The notes beneath the pieces are model-generated. The model was not told where the DNA came from. It worked only from the letters and a program-made list of their open reading frames with translations, and did no database searches. A program made the translations under genes and the position numbers. A DNA stretch of 64,000 nucleotides from Blastocladiella emersonii ATCC 22665. Lineage: Eukaryota > Fungi > Blastocladiomycota. Where the stretch lies: contig JANHCV010000003.1 of the NCBI GenBank assembly GCA_025594325.1, positions 1,364,001 to 1,428,000 of the forward strand. The letters run 5' to 3'. This document shows positions 33,110 to 43,875 of this stretch, piece after piece; positions within the stretch are counted from its first letter, which is position 1; the number at the start of each line of letters is the position of its first letter.

Positions 33110-33457
33110 TTACTTCTGGGGAACGGCATCCGAGATCTCAAGCACGACGCGGGCCGCGGACTCGGCACGAAGATTTTCCGCAATCTTGTAATAGTGCAGA
33201 GCGAACAAGACAAGGAAGACGTACAGCGCCATGGCGGCGAAGAAGAGACCCAGCGTGTCGTGTGTGATGATGGTCTTGACGACGCTGCCAACCTCGAGGC
33301 CAAAGGGAACCGACAAAAGCAACAAGCAATGAGCAATGTTTTCGCTTTGACGGGTCTTGAATAGTTTCCCAGGACATCGCAAGGTCCACCGTTGAAGCAG
33401 GGTCGCCCACGGCAACGCTGCAACTGTGGACGGAGTCCTTATCCGTCCCGCTCTCAA
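33110..33457 (-). other. Possible remnant or exon of a small membrane protein
   Basis: ORF with two hydrophobic stretches (AHCLLLLSVPFGLEVGSVV; TLGLFFAAMALYVFLVLFALHYY). It has no ATG start and atypical codon usage at the 5' end. Confidence 0.25.
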
Positions 33458-34209
33458 CCGAGAGCTCGGACGAGGAGGTTACTTTATGATACTTCGAAGG
33501 TCATTGGTCAGACATGCAGTTGTATTATACAAACCTCAATATCTCAAAGAGAATCATCGAGCGAACACCCGCAACCCATAGCCAAAGCACCTGAGCCACC
33601 AAGCGTCCACGCGACGTGAGACGTGTACCACACAAACAACCATACCCCGGTCCACACAGAGGCGGACCGACGCGGTCGCAGCGGGAGCGTCACGGCCGTG
33701 TTCTGGAACGTTTGCGCGACACACGCATGCTGCACGAAGCGTCGACGACATGGAGGCCGGGTGAGTGGCGTGGGAAGCGGGGCAGGGAGGGGGAGGGAGG
33801 CGCCAACCGGTCACCGCAGTGGACGGAGAAGGTGGGACCAGCTTGGACGGACCGGTCGGGACGACAGGCCCTTGGACGGCTACTCGAGGTTGGCGTGCGC
33901 GCCATCTTGGAGGCGGAGAGGCAGGGCGAAGGGGTTTGAGTCGTTGAAGGGGAACCACGAGGACTTGGGTGTCGAGTGGCCGGAGACCAAGGCGAGGTCT
34001 GGGCGGAGAGGTGGGCAGCTGCAGCTTGGTGGCGGATCAGGCGATGGGGTCGAGGCCGAGGACGCGCTTGAGGTTCTTGAAGGCGGGCGAGTAGTTTGCC
34101 ATGACAGGTACAGACTAGACATGGGCAGGAGGTCGTGGGTGGGGCAGAAGCGTGAGCGAGGCCCAGGCCGCGCTGGCAGGTGGGGAGATACTGACGCATG
34201 CAGTGTGAT

Positions 34210-34692
34210 TCATGTAGGCCGCTCGGCCACGGGCCACGCCGGCAGCGTCAGCACGCTCGTCGCCGTCGACCACGGGTGCTCCTCGAGCTCGGCCGCGGTG
34301 CCCGCCGCCGGCGACAGCGTCACGCCGAAATCGGACTGCTGCTTGGCCAGCTTGTTGGCGATGGCGCCGTAGTTGATCTGCTTGAACGTCACAAACTCCT
34401 TGACGGGCACGGCGGCGAGGCGGCCGGCCGAGGCGGACGTCGGCGAGTACGTCGCGGGCGCAGCAGCGGACGAGGCCGAGCTGAGCGTCGACGTGGTGTA
34501 CCCGCTGGTCCACGGGCTGAACGCGGACGCGTTGCTCGCGCCAGCCGCACCGGTGGCGGGCGGGGCCGCGAAGGCCGACGGCGCGGAACTGCCGGCGGGC
34601 GTGTAGCGGTTGCCGCCGGTGAAGGGGTCAACAAACTCGTTGGCGGCGTCGGCCGAGGTCGAGACGGTGTGGCCCTTGGTGTTGTGTATCAA
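34210..34692 (-). pseudogene. Truncated fragment of a DOA1/UFD3/PLAA-like gene (end of PFU, linker, start of PUL)
   Basis: IHNTKG...FVDPFTGGNRYTP...VPVKEFVTFKQINYGAIANKL...WPVAER resembles the PFU-PUL junction of Doa1/PLAA. There is an in-frame TGA just upstream, no ATG, no WD40 part, and a stop right after WPVAER. Confidence 0.65.
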
Positions 34693-35072
34693 TCAGCAGT
34701 GTATATCGAGCGAGGGTGATGGCAGGGGTGATGGGTGACTCGTTTGCAAGCGGCTTGGACCCGGAGCAACGGCGCAACGGCGGAGCGACAGGTCGGCGGG
34801 GACCATGGTCCACACGGTGACGACAGCGACGCGTCGCCGTCTCGACGAAACTCTTGGTCTAACTCGGTGCAAGGCTTGTCCTGAGCTCCGTTCATCCGCG
34901 ACATCTCCCTTGTGGTCGTTTCAGAGCAGTGGAAGCTTGCCGCCGCCGCAATCGAGTGGCACCACCGACCTCGGACCCAGCGCCGCCTCGGCGCCCACTA
35001 ACCGACCACGGGCCCCTTCTCTCTCGACCCTTCGACAGCACACCCTCAGCAGGTCTACGAACTACTCATAGG

Positions 35073-38041
35073 ATGGCGCGACCCGCACTCGGTCTCGCTG
35101 CGGCGCGCTACGGGCCCGTCGGCGTGTGGTGGGTCTTCATGATCGCCGCCGTCGCCCTCACCGTGCTCCTGCGCCGCACCGCGCTGCCGTCCGTCGACTC
35201 GGCTGCGCCCGCCGACGGCCCGGCCTTCTCCGCGCGGGCCGCACGCGACCACACCCTCGCCATTGCCCGCACCGAGCACCCGATCGGCTCGGACGCCAAC
35301 TGGGAGGCCCGCAAGTCGATCCTCAAGGCGTTCAGCTCGCTCGCCGACTCGGCGTCCGGCAAGGAGCGCAAAGTCGAGGTCATTGACGCGTCCGGGATCA
35401 TCGCCTTCAACGCCACGGCGAGTACGTGACGCTCACGTTCGCCGAGCACGATGCGCTGCGTTGCTGACCGCCTTTCGTCCGTGTAGACGACGCTAGTATT
35501 GGCGCCCGGTACACCACTGGCTCCGGTCTCATCATCCAGGACTCGAACGTCTACTTCCGCATCCCGGGCACCAACGAGCGCGAGCGCGGCGACCGGTCAG
35601 TGCTGCTGCTCTCGGCCCACTTTGACAGTGTTGCCACGGCGCTCGGCACGGGCGACGACGCCATGGGCGTCGGCACGTTGCTCGAGGTCGCGCGTGCGGT
35701 TCTCGCGCGCCCGCCGCTCTCGTACTCGCTGCTGTTCAACATCAACAACGGCGAGGAGTTTGACCTGATTGGCGCCAAGGCCCTGATCCGCAACGCTACG
35801 CTCTGGCGCGATGTCGCTGCCTTCATCAACGTCGGTGCGTGATGGTCATGCGAGTGGCTACTGCGACGGCGACTGACGCGCTGTTGTAGACTCGGTGTGC
35901 CCGACGGGCCGCTCAATCCTGTACCGGTCCACGTCACGCGAGCTTGTTCAGCTGTTCAAGGAGTACGCGCCGTTCCCGCACGCGTCCGTGCTCGGCCAGG
36001 AGGCCATGAACGCGGGCCTGATCCAGAGCGACACGGACTAGTACGTTTCCGCCTCGTTCGGCCGACAAAGAAGCCTCGCTGACGCTAACGTACCGTGTAG
36101 CTCGGCGTACCGCCGCAACAACGTGACGGGCGTTGACTTTGCCTTCTGTACGTTGTCCCCCGCGCCGTGCACTCGTCCGCCGCACTAACTTTCACGGATG
36201 TAGACGACAACCGCTGGGTGTACCACTCGAACCGCGACACCGACGCGCTCATGTCGGACACGTCGCTCGCGCACCTCGGCGGCAACATCCTGGGTCTCCT
36301 CGACGGCATCCAGTCGCGCGGCATCGAGTACGTCCGCCGCCGCCCCGAAGTGTCCAACGTGCTCTACAACGACCTCGTCGGTCGCCACATGTGGGTCGTC
36401 TCCTACCCGGGCATGGGCATCACGGCGCTCGTGACGCTCGTCGTCGCCGCGATCGCGCGCGTCGTGTACGTGCGCTTCCTCGCTCGCGGTGCGGGCTTCT
36501 CGCTCTCGCGCAAGGCCATTTCGGCGGTCAAGGCGACGCTGGTCGTGTTCCTCGTGTTCCTCGTCATGTTTGCCGGCTCGATCGGTATCACCACGGCCGT
36601 CCTCGCGGTGCAGCCCATGGCTGTCAGCGGCAACCCGTGGGTGGTCCTGGCGCTCACGGCGGCCGTCGGGCTCTGGATCGCAGCGCTGCTCGTGTGGTTC
36701 GTGGACGCGCGGCGCGGGCGGACCGCTGGCTCGGCGCCCGGGTTCCTGCGCGGGGGTGTCATCGGGTTCTGGTCCGTGTTCCTCGTCCTGATCGCGGCCA
36801 CGGCGCTCGGCATGTCGACGGCGATCCTCGCGCACGTGTACTGGTACGCCGTGTGCTACCTCGCGGTCGCGCTCGTGGTCGAGGTCGGGTTCCGCCGCAT
36901 CGTGGGTCCCGCGCTCAACGTCGAGACTAAGGCCGCTTCGACTTCCACGTCGTCCACGGAGCTCCCGCTGACGACCCCTACCGCGTCGACCACGGCCAAG
37001 ACCACCCTGTCCACGTCAACTTGGGCGACGCTCGCCGAGTTCAGCCTCGCGTCCGTGTGGCCGCTGCTCGTGTCGACGGACCTGGCCTTCACGTGGACCA
37101 ACACGCTGGCGCCGACGGTGCAGGAGACGACGGCCGGGTGGATGGTGGCGCTGGTCATGGCGCTGTTCACGTTCCCCGTGGCCATCAACGCGGTCCCGCT
37201 CCTGTCGGCGCTGTCGCGCAACGGCGGCGCGCGCGTAATGCCCGCGCTCCTCACGCTCGTCGTCGTCGGACTCGCTGCCGCCGCGATGCTCCTGTTCCCG
37301 TTTAACGCGACGCGCCCCGTCAACGTGTTCACGCGCGCGTACGCCCGCGCGAACGTGACGGCGTCGGGCGACGCGTTCAAGCAGCCCGGCGCGTCGCCGG
37401 ACCGCGTCACGCTGACGCCCGTCCTCAGTTCGGGTACGACCGGCTCGCCCGCGGCGCTCGTGCCGCAGGTGGTCGCGATGCCCGACAACCTGGGCGGGCG
37501 CACGGTCGACGAGCTGCTGGGTCTCCCCGCGAGGTCGTGCGCGGGCTCCAGCTCCGAGTGCACCGTGGCGTGGCCGGCGATCGGGTACAAGGACGGCGAC
37601 GTGGCGTGGCCCGGGACCAACTTCACGCTCACGTCGGCGGCGGCAGACGGCGCGGCGTTCGGCCTCAACCTGGCGCTCCCGCCGGGCACGTCGCTGACGT
37701 GCACGTTCCCGTCGGCGCTCAAGGAGCCGGCGACGGCGACGTTTGGCGGCGCGATGGTCGCGTTCAACACGTCGCTCGTGTACACGTGCGGCGATCCGTC
37801 CGTTCCAGCGGCGAGCGAGGTCCAGATGCAGATCCCGCGCGCGGCGCTCGCGGGACGCTCGGCGACTGATCCGCTACGCATGTCGTGCCGCGTGTTCCAC
37901 GGTCGCAGCGCGGCGGCGTCAGGCCCCGGTCCCGCGGAGGTCTGGCGCGCGCTCAAGGCCAGGGTGCCCGAGTACGTGGCACTGTCGGGACCTAGTGTTG
38001 GGTGGGGTTCCGTCGTGTACTCGGTGGCGCTGAGCGAGTGA
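35073..38041 (+). CDS. M28-family membrane metallopeptidase (ERMP1/Pff1-like), multi-exon
   Basis: N-terminal TM; LLSAHFDS, GDDAMG, NNGEEF, FINV|DS, IQSDTDY and YHSNRD zinc-ligand motifs; about 8 TM helices and a C-terminal luminal domain. Confidence 0.9.
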
Positions 38042-39005
38042 TGGGCGGCAGTAGAGTAGACGTTATAGCGTAGTAGAGTCGAATAGAGACAAATATGTAT
38101 GGCATTGCGGGTTTCGTGGAGAGCTTGGTGCTCCGTGGCGTGAGAATCTAACAAGTTCCGAGTCCAGAACGGTCATGGCCATGACCAGCGACCCGGACAT
38201 GGACGTGACCCGGCCATGGACGTGACCGTGGCCACGATCGCCGTAAGCTCGTCATAGACCGCGGCGGTGGCGGCACTCAATGGAATGCTCGAATCACCAC
38301 ACCTCTTAATCCAGCATTGCTATCCCGCACGCGAAGCTCCACCGCCAACCAGCGACGAGTGAAGGCGTCGCGTCATGTGCGAGCGCAGTCGCGACGGATG
38401 CTGGTGCGGCTCCGTCTCGGAGATGGTGTCGAGGAGGACCACGTCGTTCGAGTACGGCGACCAGTGCGACGCTGTATCGCTGGCGAGTGTAGAGGAGCAT
38501 CCCGACGAGCATCAACGGCGAGAGCGGCGTGGGACACGCTCCCCACCATCACCAGCGCTCCGCGTCGCTTCCACGTCGCGGCGACCACGGCCGACACGAA
38601 CGCCGTCCTCAGCACCAGTGCACCGAGTCGTGCGGCGCCCGCCGGCAGCGTGGCGGCGTCGGCGTAGGCGAGCGGAGGAGCGCAGGGAGAAGGTGAACTC
38701 GGCGGCGAGCGCGGCTCGGTTGCGCCGCCCCGCCTCGCATGCATCCTACCGTCGAACCGAATCGCGCCGCGCTGTAACTTGCTGCAACTCGTCGCGCACG
38801 CCGACGCGCCTACGCTGCGCGCCCCGGTCATCTCCATCTTGCTGCCGACCACCGCGCGGCTCTCCGGCGGCGACCCCGACCTGCCCACCGCGCCTCCGGT
38901 CCACTCCATCGCACGGACCCCCGTTGCGCCTGCCCGCTCTTTCTGCCAGCATTGGCACCTGCTGCTGCTAGCCCAACCATCACCTCGCGGGCCGCGGCCG
39001 CGGCC

Positions 39006-42000
39006 ATGTCTCATCAGGTGCGTCGCTTCGCCGCTGCCGCTGATGGGGGCACCTGGTCGCTCCCTCGCACGCGCTGGCCGCCCGACCCCTCCTCGCGCGC
39101 AATGATTCACTTGCTGACCCTTCATGACTCCCTTGGCCGATCCTCGCTCCATCGCCGCCGTGTCCCCTCCCTCCAGTTCCCGCCCCCGCCGCCGCCCGAC
39201 GAGCAGACCCCAATGGACGTGTCCGACCCCGACCCGGCCCCGCTGCGGCCCACGTCGACGCCCGCCCCCGCTGCCGGCACCTTTGCGCGGCCCAGCGTCC
39301 CCGCCTCGCGCATGTCGCAGTCGTCGGCCGCGTCCTCGGCCGCCCCGTCCCCCGCCTTCGGCTTCACCTTCACCACGCCCGCCAACGCGCCGGCCTCCGG
39401 GTCGCGCGGACCCGGCCATGCCGCAACCGCACCGCTCCTCCGCGGCGGCTCCGCTGGGTCGTTCCACACGTCATCTTCATCGTCATCGGGCTCGAATCCG
39501 CACCCGCAACCGCCCAAACTTCCGACCCCGACCTTCATGTCCGCGGGCATCATCTCGAAGCGCGAGCGCAGGCTCAACCCGCGCCAGACGCCGTCCACAC
39601 CGCTGCGCGGCGGCCAGCAGCACCAGCTCGCGCGGTTCCAGGTCGGCATGTCGCCCGTGACGAGCAGGTCCTTTATGCCCGCCTCGGCACCTCCTGCCGC
39701 CGCCGCGCAAGGTAACGCAGCAGCACCGTCCGCACCATTGTCGCCGCAGGCCGCGCGCCAGCCGCTGCCGTCCGCGACGCCGCTCCCGTCCACGGCCGTG
39801 AAGCAGCCGCCATCGCTCTACTCGAACCCCGGCGGCCCGCCGACGCTCGCGTGGAACGGCAACGGCAGCGGCGCCGCGCCCGTCGCGCCCGCCGCGTCGT
39901 CCTCGGCGGACCTGTTCGCCACGCCAGCGCGCCCCGCGTACACGGCCCAGAACCTGTACCGCCCGCCGTCCAAACGGCTACAGCTCCAACCGCCGCCGCA
40001 GCCACAACAACCGCCGCAGCTCCACGCGCCGCCCTCGTCGTCGTCGCCCATGTCGATTGCCGACTCGCCCGCCAGCAACCCGCAGCAGCCCGCCTTTGTC
40101 GCGCCGCCATCGCAGATACCCAAGGCGTCGACGCGCGGCGTCGCGAACGGCGACATCATCCGGCGGTCCAGACCGAGCTCGGCCGGTTTCTCGGCCAACA
40201 GCGACGGCGGCGGGTCCGCGGCCCACCGGCGTTGGGTCCACCGCCCGATCCAGGAGCAGCCCGACTTCCCGCAGTTCCTCACCCTCAGCTACTTTGCCAC
40301 CGGCGCGCAGGTCGCCGCTGCTGCTGCGGCTGCTGCGGCCTCGACGGCCGCGGGGTCGCCGTCCGACAAGCGGCCCGCGCTCGTGCGCGCCGACAGCTTC
40401 GGCCTCGGGTCCGCGCCCGAGATCGACCACCTCGAGCCGCTCCCGTTCCTTCCGCCCGTCGGGCACACGGACGCGGTCGAGTACCCGAGCTACGTCGAGC
40501 AGCACTTCCGGGTGGAGCGGGTGCTGGGCAGCGGGGCCTTCTCGAACGCGTACGCGGTGGTGCGGGTCGTGGACGGGCGGCGGTTCGCGCTCAAGCAGCT
40601 CAAGCGGCCGTACACGTCGGCGCTGGACCGGCGGCGGCGGCTCGAGGAGGTGCACATCTGGCAGCGCGTCGGGCGCCACCGCAACTGCCTCGCGCTCGAG
40701 CTCGCGTGGGAGCAGCGCGGGTCGCTGTACATGCTGTCCGAGCTGTGCGACCGCGGCAGCCTCGCCGCGTTCCTCGACGCCCAGGCCGATACGGGGCTCA
40801 ACGAGGACCAGGTGTGGGAGGTGCTCAGCGATATCGCCGACGGCCTGTTCTGGATCCACTCGCGCGGCCTCGCCCACCTCGACCTCAAGCCCGCCAACCT
40901 GTTCATCACCCACGAGGGCGTGTGCAAGATCGGCGACTTCGGGCTCACGGCGCCCGCCGAGATGCTCGACCGCACGCTGTACGCGACGGGCGCCGCCGCG
41001 TCGCAGCCCGGGTTCGCCGACGCGCTCGATCCGTCCTCCTCGGGCCCAGCGAGCCAGGGCGGCAGCGGCACCCCGCTCCCGCCGCAGGCGCTCAGCCGGT
41101 TCCTGTCGGCGCGCACCGACGACGACCGCGACGGCGACGCGACGTACGCGGCGCCCGAGGCCAACGAGGGCCGGTACGGCATGGAGAACGACGTGTACGC
41201 GTTCGGCCTGATCGCGCTCGAGATGGTGTCCAACTCGGTGCTCCCGACCGACGGCGAGCCGTACGAGCGGCTGCGCCGCGGCAACATCGAGGATTTCGCG
41301 GACGTGATCCCGGAAACGACCTCGGCCGAGCTCATGTTCCTCATCACCACGTGCCTCCTGCCCTACCCGTGCCTGCGCCCGTCGATCCGCCGCGTCCGCG
41401 AGCTCCCGATGCTCCGCGACGCACACGTCCGCCGACTGTCGATCCCCGTCCCCGCGCCGCCGCCCATGGACCCCATTGTTGAGACTAGGTTCGCGAGCGT
41501 CGCCGACCTCGTCCGCCCGCCTCCCGTCGCGCCGGAGCTCGCGGGCATGTCGAATATCGGCGGGTTCGCCGGCGGCAGCGGACCGGCTGCGGGCAGCGTC
41601 GCGGCGTGGGGCACCACCCCGGTCCTCCCGACGCAGACGCCCATGAAGCCCGCCGCGGTCCCCGACCAGTACGTGCCCGACCCCGTGCCCGTCGACCGGT
41701 CGCAAGCGCCGACGCCGACCCCGTCGACGAGTAAACGGACCGCTGCGGCTGCTGCTGCAGCACAAGTCGGCGGCGACGAAAACGCCGCTGCTGCGGCACA
41801 CTCTCCCCGCCGCACGGCGCGGTACGCCGCCGCCACCGGTCCGCGCTCACAACCCGACGACGGCGGCTCGCACGGCCGGCAGGGTCCGCGGCCCATTTCG
41901 CCCGGCGGGCTCCTCGACCCCGACCTGTCGTACCAGCCGCACCAGATGCTCGCGCCCGTGCCGCAGCAGCCCGCTGGCTCCTCCGCGCACGCCGCCGCGC

Positions 42001-43127
42001 TCTCGTGCCCGCCAACACCGGCAGGTCCGCGTGTCGCGCCGCCCTCGCTGCCACCCGCCGTGTCGCGGGTCCACTCGTCGTCGACGCAGGACAGCACGCC
42101 ATCGAGCGCGGAAGCGCCGAGCCCGTGCGCGGGCACATCGGCCGCTGCCCGGCCCGCGCGGCGCCAGGGGATCCCGCCGCCGTCCGCGAGCGCGGTTGCG
42201 TCCAAGAAGCCGCGCGGGCCTCCTCCCGCCGCCGCTGCCGCCGCACCAGCAACAGCAGCCTTCGCCGCCCCCGCCGATTCCGGGACGGGCACGCCGCGGA
42301 AACGCAGCAGCGGGCAGAGCTCGTCGCCGCTCGACCTGTGCGACGAGGTGGACGACTCGCCGCTCGCGACGCGCACGGGGGTGAACTCGCGGCGCGCGCT
42401 CGCCGAGGCCGGGTCCGCCGCGCGGCCCGCGCTCGGGCGGCTCTCGTTCGACATGGACTCGGGCGGGCCCGCGGCGGGGACACGCGCACGGCTCCGCGGC
42501 ATGGCCACGTTCGAGCGGTCGGCGTCCCGGCCAAGGCCGCGCGCCGTCGCGCGGTCGATACCCCTGCGTCCGTCGGCGAGCAGTAGTTCAGCAGTGGCTC
42601 ATCCCGCGAGCAGCGCGGCCGGGCGCGGGCGGCGTGCGGGGTCGGCCGAGGAGCTCTGGCAGTCGTCGCAGAAGTCGCACGTGTACCAGGAAGACTCGCC
42701 GATGCCCGACGCGTCGGACCTCAGCGCGGGCGACGATGACGTGTCGGACGCGTACGACGACGGGGAAGGCGACGGCGACGAGGTCATGGAGGAGGACGTG
42801 GCGTCGCTGCACGACCAGTCGCCGTCGCGGCCATCGCTCCCGGGCGGCGGTGCCGGCGTCCGGCAGCGCGCGCTGTCGCACCCGGCGGCGGTGCCCGGCG
42901 CGTTCGCGTTCCACACCGACTTCGTGGGCGGGTACTACGCGCAGCAGCACCCGCTCCACCCCATGTTCCAGCCGGCGCAGGGACCCAGCCCGCCCGTCTC
43001 GAGCCAGCCCACGCCGCAGGTCCGCACGTCCTCGATATCGAGCGGGCCCGGCCAGGGCGGCGGCGACGCGACATTGGCCGAGGCGTCGCCGCTCATGCCG
43101 TCGGCGCTGCCCTCACGCGACGCGTAG
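39006..43127 (+). CDS. Wee1/Myt1-family CDK-inhibitory kinase with long disordered flanks (exon 1 39006-39017, intron 39018-39176)
   Basis: LGSGAFSNAY, FALKQLK, RRRLEEV, AWEQRGSLYMLSELCDRGSL, AHLDLKPANLFI, KIGDFGL, GDATYAAPE and DVYAFGLIALE. HLDLKPAN and the GD..Y.APE motif are typical of Wee1/Myt1. Confidence 0.88.
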   Translation: MSHQVRRFAAAADGGTWSLPRTRWPPDPSSRAMIHLLTLHDSLGRSSLHRRRVPSLQFPPPPPPDEQTPMDVSDPDPAPLRPTSTPAPAAGTFARPSVPASRMSQSSAASSAAPSPAFGFTFTTPANAPASGSRGPGHAATAPLLRGGSAGSFHTSSSSSSGSNPHPQPPKLPTPTFMSAGIISKRERRLNPRQTPSTPLRGGQQHQLARFQVGMSPVTSRSFMPASAPPAAAAQGNAAAPSAPLSPQAARQPLPSATPLPSTAVKQPPSLYSNPGGPPTLAWNGNGSGAAPVAPAASSSADLFATPARPAYTAQNLYRPPSKRLQLQPPPQPQQPPQLHAPPSSSSPMSIADSPASNPQQPAFVAPPSQIPKASTRGVANGDIIRRSRPSSAGFSANSDGGGSAAHRRWVHRPIQEQPDFPQFLTLSYFATGAQVAAAAAAAAASTAAGSPSDKRPALVRADSFGLGSAPEIDHLEPLPFLPPVGHTDAVEYPSYVEQHFRVERVLGSGAFSNAYAVVRVVDGRRFALKQLKRPYTSALDRRRRLEEVHIWQRVGRHRNCLALELAWEQRGSLYMLSELCDRGSLAAFLDAQADTGLNEDQVWEVLSDIADGLFWIHSRGLAHLDLKPANLFITHEGVCKIGDFGLTAPAEMLDRTLYATGAAASQPGFADALDPSSSGPASQGGSGTPLPPQALSRFLSARTDDDRDGDATYAAPEANEGRYGMENDVYAFGLIALEMVSNSVLPTDGEPYERLRRGNIEDFADVIPETTSAELMFLITTCLLPYPCLRPSIRRVRELPMLRDAHVRRLSIPVPAPPPMDPIVETRFASVADLVRPPPVAPELAGMSNIGGFAGGSGPAAGSVAAWGTTPVLPTQTPMKPAAVPDQYVPDPVPVDRSQAPTPTPSTSKRTAAAAAAAQVGGDENAAAAAHSPRRTARYAAATGPRSQPDDGGSHGRQGPRPISPGGLLDPDLSYQPHQMLAPVPQQPAGSSAHAAALSCPPTPAGPRVAPPSLPPAVSRVHSSSTQDSTPSSAEAPSPCAGTSAAARPARRQGIPPPSASAVASKKPRGPPPAAAAAAPATAAFAAPADSGTGTPRKRSSGQSSSPLDLCDEVDDSPLATRTGVNSRRALAEAGSAARPALGRLSFDMDSGGPAAGTRARLRGMATFERSASRPRPRAVARSIPLRPSASSSSAVAHPASSAAGRGRRAGSAEELWQSSQKSHVYQEDSPMPDASDLSAGDDDVSDAYDDGEGDGDEVMEEDVASLHDQSPSRPSLPGGGAGVRQRALSHPAAVPGAFAFHTDFVGGYYAQQHPLHPMFQPAQGPSPPVSSQPTPQVRTSSISSGPGQGGGDATLAEASPLMPSALPSRDA

Positions 43128-43875
43128 CGGATCCCACTGTGCATCATCACCATCCTCTCCCCTCCCTCCTTTGTATCATTTCGCGCTTAATTTATTATCC
43201 TCCCCTCTCGCTGCACAAGCGCGACGCGACTCGCCAACCCGAACAGGCAAGCGTTCACCCCAGCGCGGGCGCACGTGGGCCCTCCCGCCGATCCCTACGC
43301 GCTCCCGCTCGATGGCCGCGGCCACCGCCGCCACCGTGGCCCGTTCATGGCCATGGCTAGTGGACATGGTCGCCGAGAAGCAGGGCCGTCGTTGTGCGCA
43401 GCACCGGCGCTGAGGAACAGGGTAGAGCAGAGAGCAAGCGGCGAGGTCGGGCTACGCCACCAACCTCATCGAAGTGTGGCGTTGGTCGCCGGCATGTGTT
43501 GCCGTTGTGCCCGCACCGCCCTGCGCGCGCACCGCTCCCGTTTGCTCGCCGTCGCCCGCTTCTACACCAGACGACGAACGAACGAAGCACGCATCCATCA
43601 TCTACGGGCCCGCGACTTGCTGCAACCGCCCGCCGCTGCCCTTCCACCGGCGACCCCCACCGACGACCTAGACGGCATACACCAAGACGGCGCCCGCGCC
43701 CCGACGACTACTACTACGCCCTAGACCCGTCGTCGACGCAGCTGGACGAGCGAACGCCCTTGTATCATCACCCTGCGGATCACTACCCCCCAACTGCGCC
43801 CGCTGTCCGCCTCTACCGCTACCGCCACCGCCGCGAGTTCGTTCCTCGACCCTCGCCGCCCGCTCCCCGCGAACC

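Noticed and set aside
31965-34910. Weak inverted similarity between the island ends (gagtgtcgcgatg versus reverse-complement gagatgtcgcggatg) and a 6-bp hairpin at about 31980
   Set aside because: Too short and gapped, with no target-site duplication and no Helitron CTRR end.
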